From an uncultured Candidatus Saccharibacteria bacterium (lineage in GTDB: Bacteria; Patescibacteriota; Minisyncoccia; Phycocordibacterales; UBA9973): a DNA stretch of 64,000 nucleotides. Position 1 is the stretch's first letter; the number at the start of each line of letters is the position of its first letter. The position numbers were made by a program, and so were the translations under genes. The notes beneath the pieces were generated by a model. That model saw only the letters and a list, made by a program, of their open reading frames with translations. It had not been told where the DNA came from and made no database searches. Positions 55,420 through 64,000 of the stretch are shown one piece after another. The stretch is taken from positions 133,376 to 197,375 of the forward strand of contig CAZSFP010000001.1 of assembly GCA_964606285.1 (NCBI GenBank). Direction: 5' to 3'.

Positions 55420-58035
55420 TTATTCTTGTTTCAAAATAGTAGATTTACTGCTTATTCTAAACCAATATTTCACTCCTTCAACCAATACGATATTTATGAT
55501 AAGCCATCCCCCGACAAACAAGAGCCAGACAGCTGGGAAAAGCACGAGATCAAACAAATCACGGAGTGCCGGAATCATCATCGTTGCGATCAACACAGTG
55601 ATTGCGATCAGAATACTTTGATTGAGCTTCTTGTTTGAAAATGCAGGATAAGAAAACAACGGTTTGTGCAAACTACGAAATGAAAAAGATACGACGAGAA
55701 TATATGAAGCAAAACAGACAAAGAAAACAGATCGTGCGATCGAGACTTCTACACCCCAGAGAATCAATGCATAATACATCAGGAACAACAACAATGAACT
55801 GAGGACACCAATACCAAATATCAAAATATTGACCTCTTTTGTAAATATCGATTTGAGGGTTTGCTTTTTCAATGCTTCATGATCAAAGTCCTCGTCATAC
55901 GCGAACGCGAGTGCCGGTAAGCTACCGGTAAAAAGATTGACCCAAATGATCTGAAGTGCAGTGAGCGGCAATGCGATACCGACGATCAAACTTCCCCCAA
56001 CAACAAACACTTCATCGAGAGAATTCGACATGAGGTAGACAAATGTCTTTCGAATATTTGCCAATATTCTACGTCCTTCTTGGATCGCCATGCCGATCGT
56101 ATGGAAATTGTCATCGAGGAGGACGAGGTCTGCGGCACTCTTTGCGACATCACTACCCGAACCGAGTGCAACACCGATATCCATCGCTTTGAGGGATGGG
56201 GCGTCGTTGACACCATCACCGGTCATCGCCACGACATCACCAAGTTTGCGATACAAGAGTCCTATACGCAATTTGTCTTCTGGTGTCACACGGGCAAAGA
56301 TCTTTATGGATGGAATAATAGCAATCAGTCTTTCATCGTTCATTTCCCGCAAATCATGTCCAGTAAGAATCTGATTTTCGGAAATCTGCCATCCCAACTC
56401 ACTCGCCACCGCCATCGCAGTTCCCTTCAAATCACCAGTAACCATGACGATTCGAATACCCAGTGATTCAATCTTTTTTATTGAATCTGGAACTTCGGCG
56501 CGCACGGGATCATGAAATGCCAAAATTCCCATAAATGTGATTTTATGCACGTCATCAATAGTGGCAACAGGAGACTCTGTCGTTGCAAGCGCGATGAGAC
56601 GCTTGCCTTCGGAGCTCGCTTTTGTGATCCATGATTCTATCGCTTGATAGGTTTCAACGGATATATTCGATCGGGCAAGCAAAATGTCTGGTGCCCCCAT
56701 GACTATATACGATGATCCGGATGACGACACAGAGAATTTGTGCGTTGAGTTGAACGGAATAATAATCGATGATGTACTTCCCTTTGCAAAACGAGAAACA
56801 TCGAGACCGTTGTCCCGAGCAGTTTTGACGATATTGACTTCGAACGGTTTACCTTTGAATGTCCACGACGAGATAGCGTCATCGGGATTTTCAACCAGAA
56901 TATCGACATTGCCAAGTGCCATCTCTAAAAGAGTTCTGTCATGTTCAATATATGGTCGTGCCATCGTATCGTCTCCAGCACATGCGTCCACATCATATAC
57001 ACCAACCAATCGCATGTTCGCTTCGGTCAGTGTCCCCGTCTTGTCCGTCATGATGAGACTTGTCGATCCGAGGGTTTCTGCTGCGATAAGTGTTCGAGCA
57101 ATCCCACGCTTTTTTGCAATTCGTTCTGCACCAATAGACAAAATAACCGTTAGTGCGATCGGTAATGCTTCGGGAACAGCACCGACAGAAACCGCAACAG
57201 AAAGGATGAGCATCTCAATGATCGGCTCTCCACGGAAAATACCGAGAACAAAGATACCGATAACTATACAGATAACAATCGCAAAAATAATCCATGCGAG
57301 TCTCGAAAGTCCTTTTTGAATCGGCGTTTTTGCACGATGAGTACCGGAAACCAATCCGGCTATTTTTCCAATTTCAGTCACATCACCTGTTGCGACAACA
57401 ACAGCCGTGGCAAAGCCATCAACCACCAATGTTCCCGCGTGTATCATAGATGTCCGTTCGGCAACCGTTGCAGAGATCGGTACCGCATCAAAAGATTTCT
57501 CTACGGGTACTGATTCGCCAGTCAAAATCGATTCATCGACACGAACATTGTTCACATGCAAAACGCGCACATCAGCAGGAACACGGTTACCATACGAAAG
57601 CTTGACGATATCCCCTGGTATGAGGAGTTCTGAATCTATCTCTTGTTCATGACCATCACGAATAACACGTGAGCGATCTTTGATGAACGTACTCAATTTT
57701 TCCAGTGTATTTTCTGCATGGTACTCGCGATAAAATCCGAGGAATACATTGACCAGAACCGCAATACTGATAACGATCACTTCTGGCCATTCACGAAGTA
57801 CTGCCGTAATGATGATGGCAAGCACGAGAAGAAATATGAGAGGACTGGCAAATTGCTGAAAAAAGATAGACACTACACTTTTCTTTTCACGTGCATGGAA
57901 AACATTGTTGCCGTACGCACCGAGACGATCAGTAACTTCTTGTTCCGACAATCCCTCATGTGATGTTTCAAATGATTTCAAAATATCATCGGCATCAATC
58001 GACCATGCATGTTCAACAGATAAGTGATTTTTCAT
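55420..58035 (-). CDS. cation-transporting P-type ATPase (P2/P3-type; Ca2+ or Mg2+-like)
   Basis: DKTGTLT phosphorylation site, MVTGD, GDGVNDAPSLK, ten TM helices. Confidence 0.95.
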   Translation of the reverse strand: MKNHLSVEHAWSIDADDILKSFETSHEGLSEQEVTDRLGAYGNNVFHAREKKSVVSIFFQQFASPLIFLLVLAIIITAVLREWPEVIVISIAVLVNVFLGFYREYHAENTLEKLSTFIKDRSRVIRDGHEQEIDSELLIPGDIVKLSYGNRVPADVRVLHVNNVRVDESILTGESVPVEKSFDAVPISATVAERTSMIHAGTLVVDGFATAVVVATGDVTEIGKIAGLVSGTHRAKTPIQKGLSRLAWIIFAIVICIVIGIFVLGIFRGEPIIEMLILSVAVSVGAVPEALPIALTVILSIGAERIAKKRGIARTLIAAETLGSTSLIMTDKTGTLTEANMRLVGVYDVDACAGDDTMARPYIEHDRTLLEMALGNVDILVENPDDAISSWTFKGKPFEVNIVKTARDNGLDVSRFAKGSTSSIIIPFNSTHKFSVSSSGSSYIVMGAPDILLARSNISVETYQAIESWITKASSEGKRLIALATTESPVATIDDVHKITFMGILAFHDPVRAEVPDSIKKIESLGIRIVMVTGDLKGTAMAVASELGWQISENQILTGHDLREMNDERLIAIIPSIKIFARVTPEDKLRIGLLYRKLGDVVAMTGDGVNDAPSLKAMDIGVALGSGSDVAKSAADLVLLDDNFHTIGMAIQEGRRILANIRKTFVYLMSNSLDEVFVVGGSLIVGIALPLTALQIIWVNLFTGSLPALAFAYDEDFDHEALKKQTLKSIFTKEVNILIFGIGVLSSLLLFLMYYALILWGVEVSIARSVFFVCFASYILVVSFSFRSLHKPLFSYPAFSNKKLNQSILIAITVLIATMMIPALRDLFDLVLFPAVWLLFVGGWLIINIVLVEGVKYWFRISSKSTILKQE

Positions 58036-58139
58036 GAAAACAGTATATCAGAATTTTTCTGAAATATTTTCATCCAGAGACACATTTGACTTTATTTTAT
58101 AAATATTTTAAAGTATAAAAAAACCATAAATCTACTGCC

Positions 58140-58416
58140 ATGGAAGATCCTTTATATGAAAACGAACCAAGCTTTTTTGACCATTTACTGCTTCAAATTT
58201 TAACAACTATCGGGCTTGGCGTTCTTTATACAATAGACGCCTGCAGATATATAAAAAGAAAACTGACCTTTAAAAAATAAGATCATGAGCTACCCTTCTT
58301 CCCATGAACGATGCATCTGGCCACTTGAAAAAATTCTTGATTTTCTATTCATACTATTGATGTGCTGGCTTTGGACAAAAGACCTCTTCATCAAAATTTG
58401 GAAAAAGATTTTTTGA
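58140..58416 (+). CDS. two tandem small hydrophobic ORFs (46 aa at 58140..58280 and 43 aa at 58285..58416)
   Basis: Manually read: MEDPLYENEPSFFDHLLLQILTTIGLGVLYTIDACRYIKRKLTFKK and MSYPSSHERCIWPLEKILDFLFILLMCWLWTKDLFIKIWKKIF; followed by the terminator at 58438..58468. Confidence 0.25.
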
Positions 58417-58473
58417 ACAGTTTAGGTGTCCGACAGCAAAAATCCCCGCATAACGGGGATTTTTTATTGCACA

Positions 58474-59055
58474 TTATATTTTCCCCACCAAGTCGATTCC
58501 TGGTTCAAGTGTGTCTGCGCCCGGTTCCCAACTCGCCGGACAAACAAGGCCATCATGTTCTGAGACGAATTTTGCCGCACGGAGTTTGCGGAGGAGTTCC
58601 CGTCCGGAACGACCAATACTGTTGTCATTGACCTCCATCGATTTGATTTCCCCTTCCGGACTGATGATGAATGTCCCACGAAGTGCGAGGCCTTCCACTG
58701 GAATATACACACCGAACATTTTTGCGAGATTACCGGTCGGATCTGCCACCATCGGAAAGTTCACGAGTTTGATCGCCTCGGAACTATCATGCCATGCTTT
58801 GTGGACAAATTTCGTATCGGTTGAAACAGAAAGAATTTCTGCTCCTTCTTTTTTGAATTCTTCATAGAGTCCTGCAAGTTCCTGCAATTCTGTCGGACAA
58901 ACAAAAGTAAAATCAGCTGGATAGAAAAAGAGGATCAGCCACTTGCCAGCATAGTCAGCAAGAGAGACGTTTTTGAATTCGTTTTCGTAAAAAATATCGA
59001 ATGAGATATTTTCAACTTTTTTACCGATCATCGGCGGAGTGTAATTTGTTTCCAT
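58474..59055 (-). CDS. peroxiredoxin (2-Cys Prx / AhpC-TSA family)
   Basis: Peroxidatic site FTFVCPTE and resolving Cys in GLVCPASW; the start may be the internal MIGKKV. Confidence 0.9.
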   Translation of the reverse strand: METNYTPPMIGKKVENISFDIFYENEFKNVSLADYAGKWLILFFYPADFTFVCPTELQELAGLYEEFKKEGAEILSVSTDTKFVHKAWHDSSEAIKLVNFPMVADPTGNLAKMFGVYIPVEGLALRGTFIISPEGEIKSMEVNDNSIGRSGRELLRKLRAAKFVSEHDGLVCPASWEPGADTLEPGIDLVGKI

Positions 59056-59121
59056 AGTTTTTTAAAATTGATTGTTAAATGTATGCATCATGATAGCTCG
59101 TACCAGAATCTTTCGCAAGAA

Positions 59122-59913
59122 TTATGTATTTTCAACCATATCCCGTAATACTGGCTCGTGCATAATTGCATGTGTGCCGCCATAAATAATAAAGATACTT
59201 TTTCCTTCTTTCCAAAACTTTTCTATCTGTTCAAGAATATACACATCTCGCAGATACGAACCCATAAATCTACTAACTTTGTTTATAGTGGTTTTTTCTG
59301 TCAGTGGACTAGCTACATCTTTGAAAAAATCTTTATCATTTTTATCAAAGTCTGTTCCAAAAATTTTTTTATGAATAACTGTGAGGTTATTGATTGAAAA
59401 TTCAAAATCTGTCCACCCACTATCTTCCGCATCCCTTGAAAGATACTTGTTCATAAATGTTTCAAAATCCTCTCTTACAACCATGCGGTTCCATTGATAA
59501 CACATTCTTGCAAAATAATAATAGGCTATTTCTTCTTTTGAAAAATGTTTTAAGGTTTCACTAAACAAGAAATTGTCAGGTGGCTCAGGAGAAAATGTTT
59601 TGATATCTTTCTGTTTGGCAAGATATGCACCGAAATTACCTTCTCCTCCTTCTTGTATAGATTTTTCTTTTGTTTCAAATGCAGTACGTTTACCACCTTC
59701 GAGAAGTACTATTTTTTCTTTTCCTTCTGTGTTTTTTATAAATTCATTCCAAAAATCTTCAATCGTATTAAACTGTTTGTCCGTAGGATCATACGAATGA
59801 CGAGAGCCAAAGTAATAGAGATATTGATCACCACGTTGAAGAATATACGAATACGGCGCAGAGAGTTTCGAATTATTATATTCATCGTATGTCATCAATA
59901 ATTCTTTTTTCAT
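59122..59913 (-). CDS. hypothetical protein (263 aa; weak resemblance to the TraB/GumN/Tiki superfamily)
   Basis: ORF; GGTHAIMHEPVLRDM is faintly GumN-like; speculative. Confidence 0.35.
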   Translation of the reverse strand: MKKELLMTYDEYNNSKLSAPYSYILQRGDQYLYYFGSRHSYDPTDKQFNTIEDFWNEFIKNTEGKEKIVLLEGGKRTAFETKEKSIQEGGEGNFGAYLAKQKDIKTFSPEPPDNFLFSETLKHFSKEEIAYYYFARMCYQWNRMVVREDFETFMNKYLSRDAEDSGWTDFEFSINNLTVIHKKIFGTDFDKNDKDFFKDVASPLTEKTTINKVSRFMGSYLRDVYILEQIEKFWKEGKSIFIIYGGTHAIMHEPVLRDMVENT

Positions 59914-59919
59914 AATTTT

Positions 59920-60420
59920 TTAATATTTTAAAAATCGCACACTGCCATTTCCGCCCAAAAATTCCATTTTTGCTTTTCTGTATTCGGCGTATGGTTTGCC
60001 TTCGTACATTTTCTTCATATCATTATATTGTTGCAAAAGATCTGGGTGCGTAACGAAATAATCTCTAACTCTATAAAAATCATCATGTCTTGAGTCAATA
60101 ACAGTTACGACATAATCTATAGGCGGATTATCATCATTTTTAAATATAGCAAATTGTTCTGTCCAAAGTTCGGGATGTTTTTGAATAAAATTATTATTCA
60201 TAATTTCAACAGTTTTCTTAAAATTATCCTCCGATACACGTATTTGAATATCAATATCAAATTTTGCTAATGCACCCAAAATTGCACAACTTCCAACATG
60301 TTGTATATCAGCTTCTGGTAATAATTTCTCCAGTATTTCCTTTTGTGTATTGAAAATAGCTTCAGCTTCCTTAAAAATCTGATCTGAGGGGATAAAGTGT
60401 ACTAAATCAGTGTCTTTCAT
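59920..60420 (-). CDS. GrpB/UPF0157 family nucleotidyltransferase-fold protein
   Basis: IQHVGSCAILGALAKFDIDIQI matches the GrpB (I.HIGSTAV.GL.AKPIIDI) signature. Confidence 0.65.
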   Translation of the reverse strand: MKDTDLVHFIPSDQIFKEAEAIFNTQKEILEKLLPEADIQHVGSCAILGALAKFDIDIQIRVSEDNFKKTVEIMNNNFIQKHPELWTEQFAIFKNDDNPPIDYVVTVIDSRHDDFYRVRDYFVTHPDLLQQYNDMKKMYEGKPYAEYRKAKMEFLGGNGSVRFLKY

Positions 60421-60495
60421 AAATCAAAGTATACCATGCAGGGTCACAAATAGAAGCGTCGTTGGACACTTCTATTTTTATCACATGCACAAGGA

Positions 60496-61125
60496 TCACT
60501 TTCCGAGAATCCACGCATGATCGTGTTGCCAGTTTGAATCATAGACGGCAAATTCGACTTCGAGTTTCTTGCCGATCATGATTTCGAATTGATGCTCATG
60601 AAGAAGCGACAATGTTTCGGTTAGTTTGCCCTGGAATACACAAAACGGGCTCACGTAGTCTCTGAGTGTCACCATCGATACGGCATAGCCATCACCGGAT
60701 TTGAACGGATTGCGTGAGATACGGGCATCGGTACGGGACATGATATTCGAGAGTTGTGATTCCCTACCAGTAAAGACTTGGACTGGGATATGAGATTCGA
60801 AATAGCAATTTGTCGGCATGCTATCCCTGAGTGTCTGCGGTGCAGTCGGGTGGAACGGATCAGACTCGATCTTGACCCGACAGACAGCAAAGCCTAGGGT
60901 TGTCAGCGCGCGGTACAGGCAGTAGGCATAGCCAAAGACCTCTTCTTCAGTCACATAGAACTGTGAAGAGGTCATGACATCACGCTGGGTTTTTCGGGCA
61001 TGAGCATAGAGATCAATGATGATCGGTTTGACTCCACAAGAAGTACAAACGTGTTGGAATCGAGCAAGTTCAGATTCGTGAGAGAGAAGGACCGTGAGGT
61101 GGACTTCGTAGTGATTTTTTTGCAT
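60496..61125 (-). CDS. hypothetical protein, atypically GC-rich (about 52%)
   Basis: 209-aa ORF; N-terminal HLTV could be a 2H-phosphoesterase H-x-T-x motif, but no clear second motif. Confidence 0.4.
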   Translation of the reverse strand: MQKNHYEVHLTVLLSHESELARFQHVCTSCGVKPIIIDLYAHARKTQRDVMTSSQFYVTEEEVFGYAYCLYRALTTLGFAVCRVKIESDPFHPTAPQTLRDSMPTNCYFESHIPVQVFTGRESQLSNIMSRTDARISRNPFKSGDGYAVSMVTLRDYVSPFCVFQGKLTETLSLLHEHQFEIMIGKKLEVEFAVYDSNWQHDHAWILGK

Positions 61126-61230
61126 GGGAACGGGATATTTGATTGTGAGGTAATTCGGAATTTAATTATAGCACTGAGATAAGGAATTGCAAAATACGAA
61201 CTTCTAACAAAGATTTTCCTTGTCGGTTTT

Positions 61231-62457
61231 TTACAGTGAACCAATAAACTTTCTCGTTACTGGACCAAAAATACCAGTACCCTTGGTAAGACCTTGTGGA
61301 GTAAGCAATATGTCAGCGTGTGCTTCCTGGAATTTCGCAAGCGCACGAGCGGTTGCTTTGCCGTAAAATGTCGTTTCATTTCCTGGGGAACCATCTCCGG
61401 ATGAAGCTATGACAAAACCATTTTTATTGAGGAATTGTTGCAATGCTTTTACATCATCTCCAGTACTTCCTTGACGAAGATTTCTCGTATACGTTCCCGT
61501 TTTTGAAACCTCAGAGATATTTCCTGTACCTGATCCATACTGAATACTTTTTGAGAGTTTTACTGAATCCCCGGTTGGTGAAAAGAACATCACATACACA
61601 GTGTATATGCCCGGGACATCAGGTAGTGTGAACTGAGTGCTCGGTGTGTAATCAATCTGTCCAACATCAGCGAAACTCGGATCGAGAGATATTGCGTATC
61701 GTATAACACGCAAAGGATCCGCATTGAACGTGAGATTCACTGTTCGAGAATTTGTCTTTGAAGCGCCGTTGTTGATCAAAAAATCAAGGTTTTTATTTTC
61801 AGTACCCAAAGGAATAACCTGAATGATTGGCACACTCGGCAGATTGAGTGTCGATGCATCAGCAAGCGTTATCGATGCGTCATCAAAGTGCGTTCCGTAA
61901 TGCCCCGCCCAAACACTACTATCTGAACCACCAAATTCTATATACGCATATCGTACTCCTGCGCCATAGTTCGTAAATGTATATGAACGAGCTGTATAGG
62001 GACTATTTGCATCAAGTGCAATAGTTGATCCTGAATTACCATGGGTGTTTCCTGAGCTTGCAATAACAGTTGTTCCGTCACCCGCGAGAAGCTTGTATGT
62101 AATATAATAATATCCAGCCTGATCACTTCTTGTCCGAGTATACACGTTCATTGTAATGGTTGGTTGAAGAGTATCAATTCGTTCTGCACTATATCCAGCA
62201 CTCGAGAGATTGACTGTTTGTGAAATTCTGCTCAATCCATATGAAGGCATGAATGCATATGAACCAGATCGAACATCACTATCAAAGTTAACGCTCCAGC
62301 CATCACCAACATTTGCAATAACATCCCATCCGGTCGTACTTCCGGATTCTGCCCCAGGATTGGTAAGTATATTTGTCTCAGCAAAAACAGACGATGAAAA
62401 TGCAAAGGTGCCAAAAACAAGAATAGTGGCAAGAGAGAAAAACTTTTGTAATTTCAT
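61231..62457 (-). CDS. secreted protein with a C-terminal peptidoglycan-binding (PG_binding_1) domain
   Basis: Signal peptide ending VFAETN; C-terminal GSTGDDVKALQQFLNKNGF...YGKATARALAKFQ. Confidence 0.65.
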   Translation of the reverse strand: MKLQKFFSLATILVFGTFAFSSSVFAETNILTNPGAESGSTTGWDVIANVGDGWSVNFDSDVRSGSYAFMPSYGLSRISQTVNLSSAGYSAERIDTLQPTITMNVYTRTRSDQAGYYYITYKLLAGDGTTVIASSGNTHGNSGSTIALDANSPYTARSYTFTNYGAGVRYAYIEFGGSDSSVWAGHYGTHFDDASITLADASTLNLPSVPIIQVIPLGTENKNLDFLINNGASKTNSRTVNLTFNADPLRVIRYAISLDPSFADVGQIDYTPSTQFTLPDVPGIYTVYVMFFSPTGDSVKLSKSIQYGSGTGNISEVSKTGTYTRNLRQGSTGDDVKALQQFLNKNGFVIASSGDGSPGNETTFYGKATARALAKFQEAHADILLTPQGLTKGTGIFGPVTRKFIGSL

Positions 62458-62517
62458 ATTTTTTATTTTAAAGGAATATTTTTCGAAAAGAAAGTTTTTG
62501 TGGGGATATTTATAATT

Positions 62518-62859
62518 TTATTTAAAAGCAACCGCGGCAAATTCTTCAGTTAAACTTTTGGCAAATTCCAACAACGTTGGTGGATAATTTCGTTTACCAA
62601 GCTCAGCTTCTTCCACAAGGCCATCAAGTACTTGTTCAAAAATATCTAGTTTACTCAAAAATAAATCTCCGAAAGCTTCAGGTTGTTCGCGGGCTATGAC
62701 CAAAGTAGATCGAATAGATTCCAAGTTTTTTCTATCCTCAAGAAGAGATATCATATAAATATATGTATGATCATTTTTATATGACGGTTCACTGTTGAGC
62801 TGATTTGATGTTTCTGGTGATTTCATTTTTTTTAGAAATAAACTATAACACATTACCAA
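62518..62859 (-). CDS. hypothetical protein (113 aa)
   Basis: ORF overlapping the next gene's 3' end by 17 nt. Confidence 0.4.
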   Translation of the reverse strand: MVMCYSLFLKKMKSPETSNQLNSEPSYKNDHTYIYMISLLEDRKNLESIRSTLVIAREQPEAFGDLFLSKLDIFEQVLDGLVEEAELGKRNYPPTLLEFAKSLTEEFAAVAFK

Positions 62860-63439
62860 ATATTTCTTCCAATTCTTGTATCTTTTTCAAAAGAATCGGA
62901 TGCGTGATTTTTGGACGAGAATAGTCGAGAAATTCTTTGAACAACGGAATATTTTGGAACCGTTCGTATTCCAGTGCTTTTTCAATCGCTTGATATTTGT
63001 CCAACTGTCTTCCAAATGATGCCGCCGGATCATCCGAAGTTTCGAATCGCACAAAAAGATCGATAATTTCCTGACCTTTCTTGTCGAGCTCCTTACAAAG
63101 AACTGCAAGCGCTGATTTTTCTTTTTCAAATTTATCTGCTTTCAATGTTCTGAATTCAGTTTCATCAAATGTTAAAATAACCTGATCACCGACAATAGCT
63201 TCAGGCCAGTCATGAACTTCAAGCATATCCAACAACCCGTCTCTTTCTTCTGCTGATAGCAATTCTTCAAAAGAACGTGCGAGCTCTAGTAATGAAACGA
63301 TATGCTCCTGCACGGATTCAGGATTTTCTACTCCCCTGTTCACCCATCCAGTCCGCTTCAAATCACCAAGTGCATTCCATACTTCAGGTGCCAGTGGTGC
63401 ATATTTTAGTTCAATGGGTTTTTCTAAACGAGTATCCAT
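62843..63439 (-). CDS. HD-domain phosphohydrolase (YfbR-like 5'-deoxynucleotidase family)
   Basis: ESVQEHIVSL and LEVHDWPEAIVGD HD motifs. Confidence 0.7.
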   Translation of the reverse strand: MDTRLEKPIELKYAPLAPEVWNALGDLKRTGWVNRGVENPESVQEHIVSLLELARSFEELLSAEERDGLLDMLEVHDWPEAIVGDQVILTFDETEFRTLKADKFEKEKSALAVLCKELDKKGQEIIDLFVRFETSDDPAASFGRQLDKYQAIEKALEYERFQNIPLFKEFLDYSRPKITHPILLKKIQELEEIFGNVL

Positions 63440-63440
63440 G

Positions 63441-63851
63441 TTATTTAGTCGGATTCCACAATTTCTTTTCTGCTATTTCAACATTGTTTCCTGCGGGATC
63501 TCGGAAATAAAACGATCGTGCACTGTTGTTTCTCTCTGGCCATGTAATTTCTTTTTCTATTGGAATTCCTTTTTCGATAAATAATTTCTTCCAATTGTCA
63601 TATTCTTCATCCGGCGCTTCAAATGCAAAGTGTTGGGCACCAGTAACTCCGTGCGGCGGAACAAATTGACCTTCTTGGGATGTGAGAGATCGATTGAATA
63701 TGATTAAAATACTTTCTCCTGCTTTCAAGAAAACAGCCCGAGGTAATGACTTTTGAATAACTTCAAAATCAAAAACACTTTGATAGAAATCAAACATTTC
63801 TTCAACATTGTCGCAATATATGGCCGTTTCGATAATTTTATTTATTTTCAT
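63441..63851 (-). CDS. VOC/glyoxalase-bleomycin resistance family protein
   Basis: beta-alpha-beta-beta-beta modules with HFAFEA and a C-terminal metal-binding E. Confidence 0.7.
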   Translation of the reverse strand: MKINKIIETAIYCDNVEEMFDFYQSVFDFEVIQKSLPRAVFLKAGESILIIFNRSLTSQEGQFVPPHGVTGAQHFAFEAPDEEYDNWKKLFIEKGIPIEKEITWPERNNSARSFYFRDPAGNNVEIAEKKLWNPTK

Positions 63852-64000
63852 TGATATCAGTATACCAGATTTAAATCCTACCCAATCGCTTGAAAAATCA
63901 AGACTTTTAGTAGTTCACAAAACCCGTTCTTCTGCCATATTGTTTCGCTGCTTCTATATCTTCTAGCTGATGTTCTCCATCAAGCTCACTTTTGTATTCT

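Noticed and set aside
60496-61125. 2H-phosphoesterase (LigT-like) assignment for the GC-rich 209-aa protein
   Set aside because: Only one H-x-T-x motif (HLTV) is present. No convincing second motif was found at the expected spacing, so the assignment was not made.
1-64000. CRISPR array or cas operon, prompted by two Cas2-fold proteins
   Set aside because: No series of regularly spaced direct repeats of 25-40 bp with unique spacers was found anywhere in the window, and no cas1, cas9, cas3 or other cas-like genes are adjacent.

Overview
This 64-kb window is a low-GC bacterial chromosome segment, gene-dense and mostly minus-strand. Many genes are short, and intergenic regions carry 'AAAAATCCCC-loop-GGGGATTTTT' style bidirectional intrinsic terminators. 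The overall look is consistent with a streamlined (possibly Patescibacteria-like) genome; that is an inference, not proven.

The core genes are clear: dnaK, typA/bipA, rseP, frr, mreB, a priA-like gene, rpsU, ybeY, ftsA, ftsZ, trxB, a truncated dcw cluster (mraZ-rsmH-ftsL-ftsI), lysS, greA, mrdA, a P-type ATPase, a peroxiredoxin, mnmA, mltG and a DnaQ-like exonuclease. One tRNA-Glu(CUC) is present. No rRNA or CRISPR array was seen.

The most interesting part is an accessory stretch at about 38.5-46.5 kb. It contains a tightly coupled minus-strand operon directly downstream of lysS: a DCTPP1/MazG-like NTP pyrophosphatase, a 672-aa GIY-YIG nuclease + DUF2075-like SF1 P-loop NTPase + LexA/S24-like self-cleaving peptidase fusion, and a PIN-like nuclease with a C-terminal zinc ribbon. 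I read this as a candidate undescribed, damage- or RecA-sensing anti-phage or abortive-infection module. It is followed by three atypically GC-rich genes, a TspO gene interrupted by an in-frame TAA, and an ArsR-family regulator bracketed by three copies of a ~38-bp palindromic operator.

Other oddities worth a second look:
- 58-bp inverted repeats flank mnmA plus a hypothetical gene.
- A 38-bp perfect palindrome sits inside the mnmA coding sequence, with a related 30-bp palindrome elsewhere.
- Three GCCATGG-core palindromes, two of which bracket a Cas2-fold gene.
- A partial, rearranged tRNA-Glu copy sits next to the intact tRNA.
- GTA-rich repeats flank typA and the mreB/priA divergent promoter.
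- Two PaaX/Cas2-fold paralogs occur with no CRISPR array nearby.
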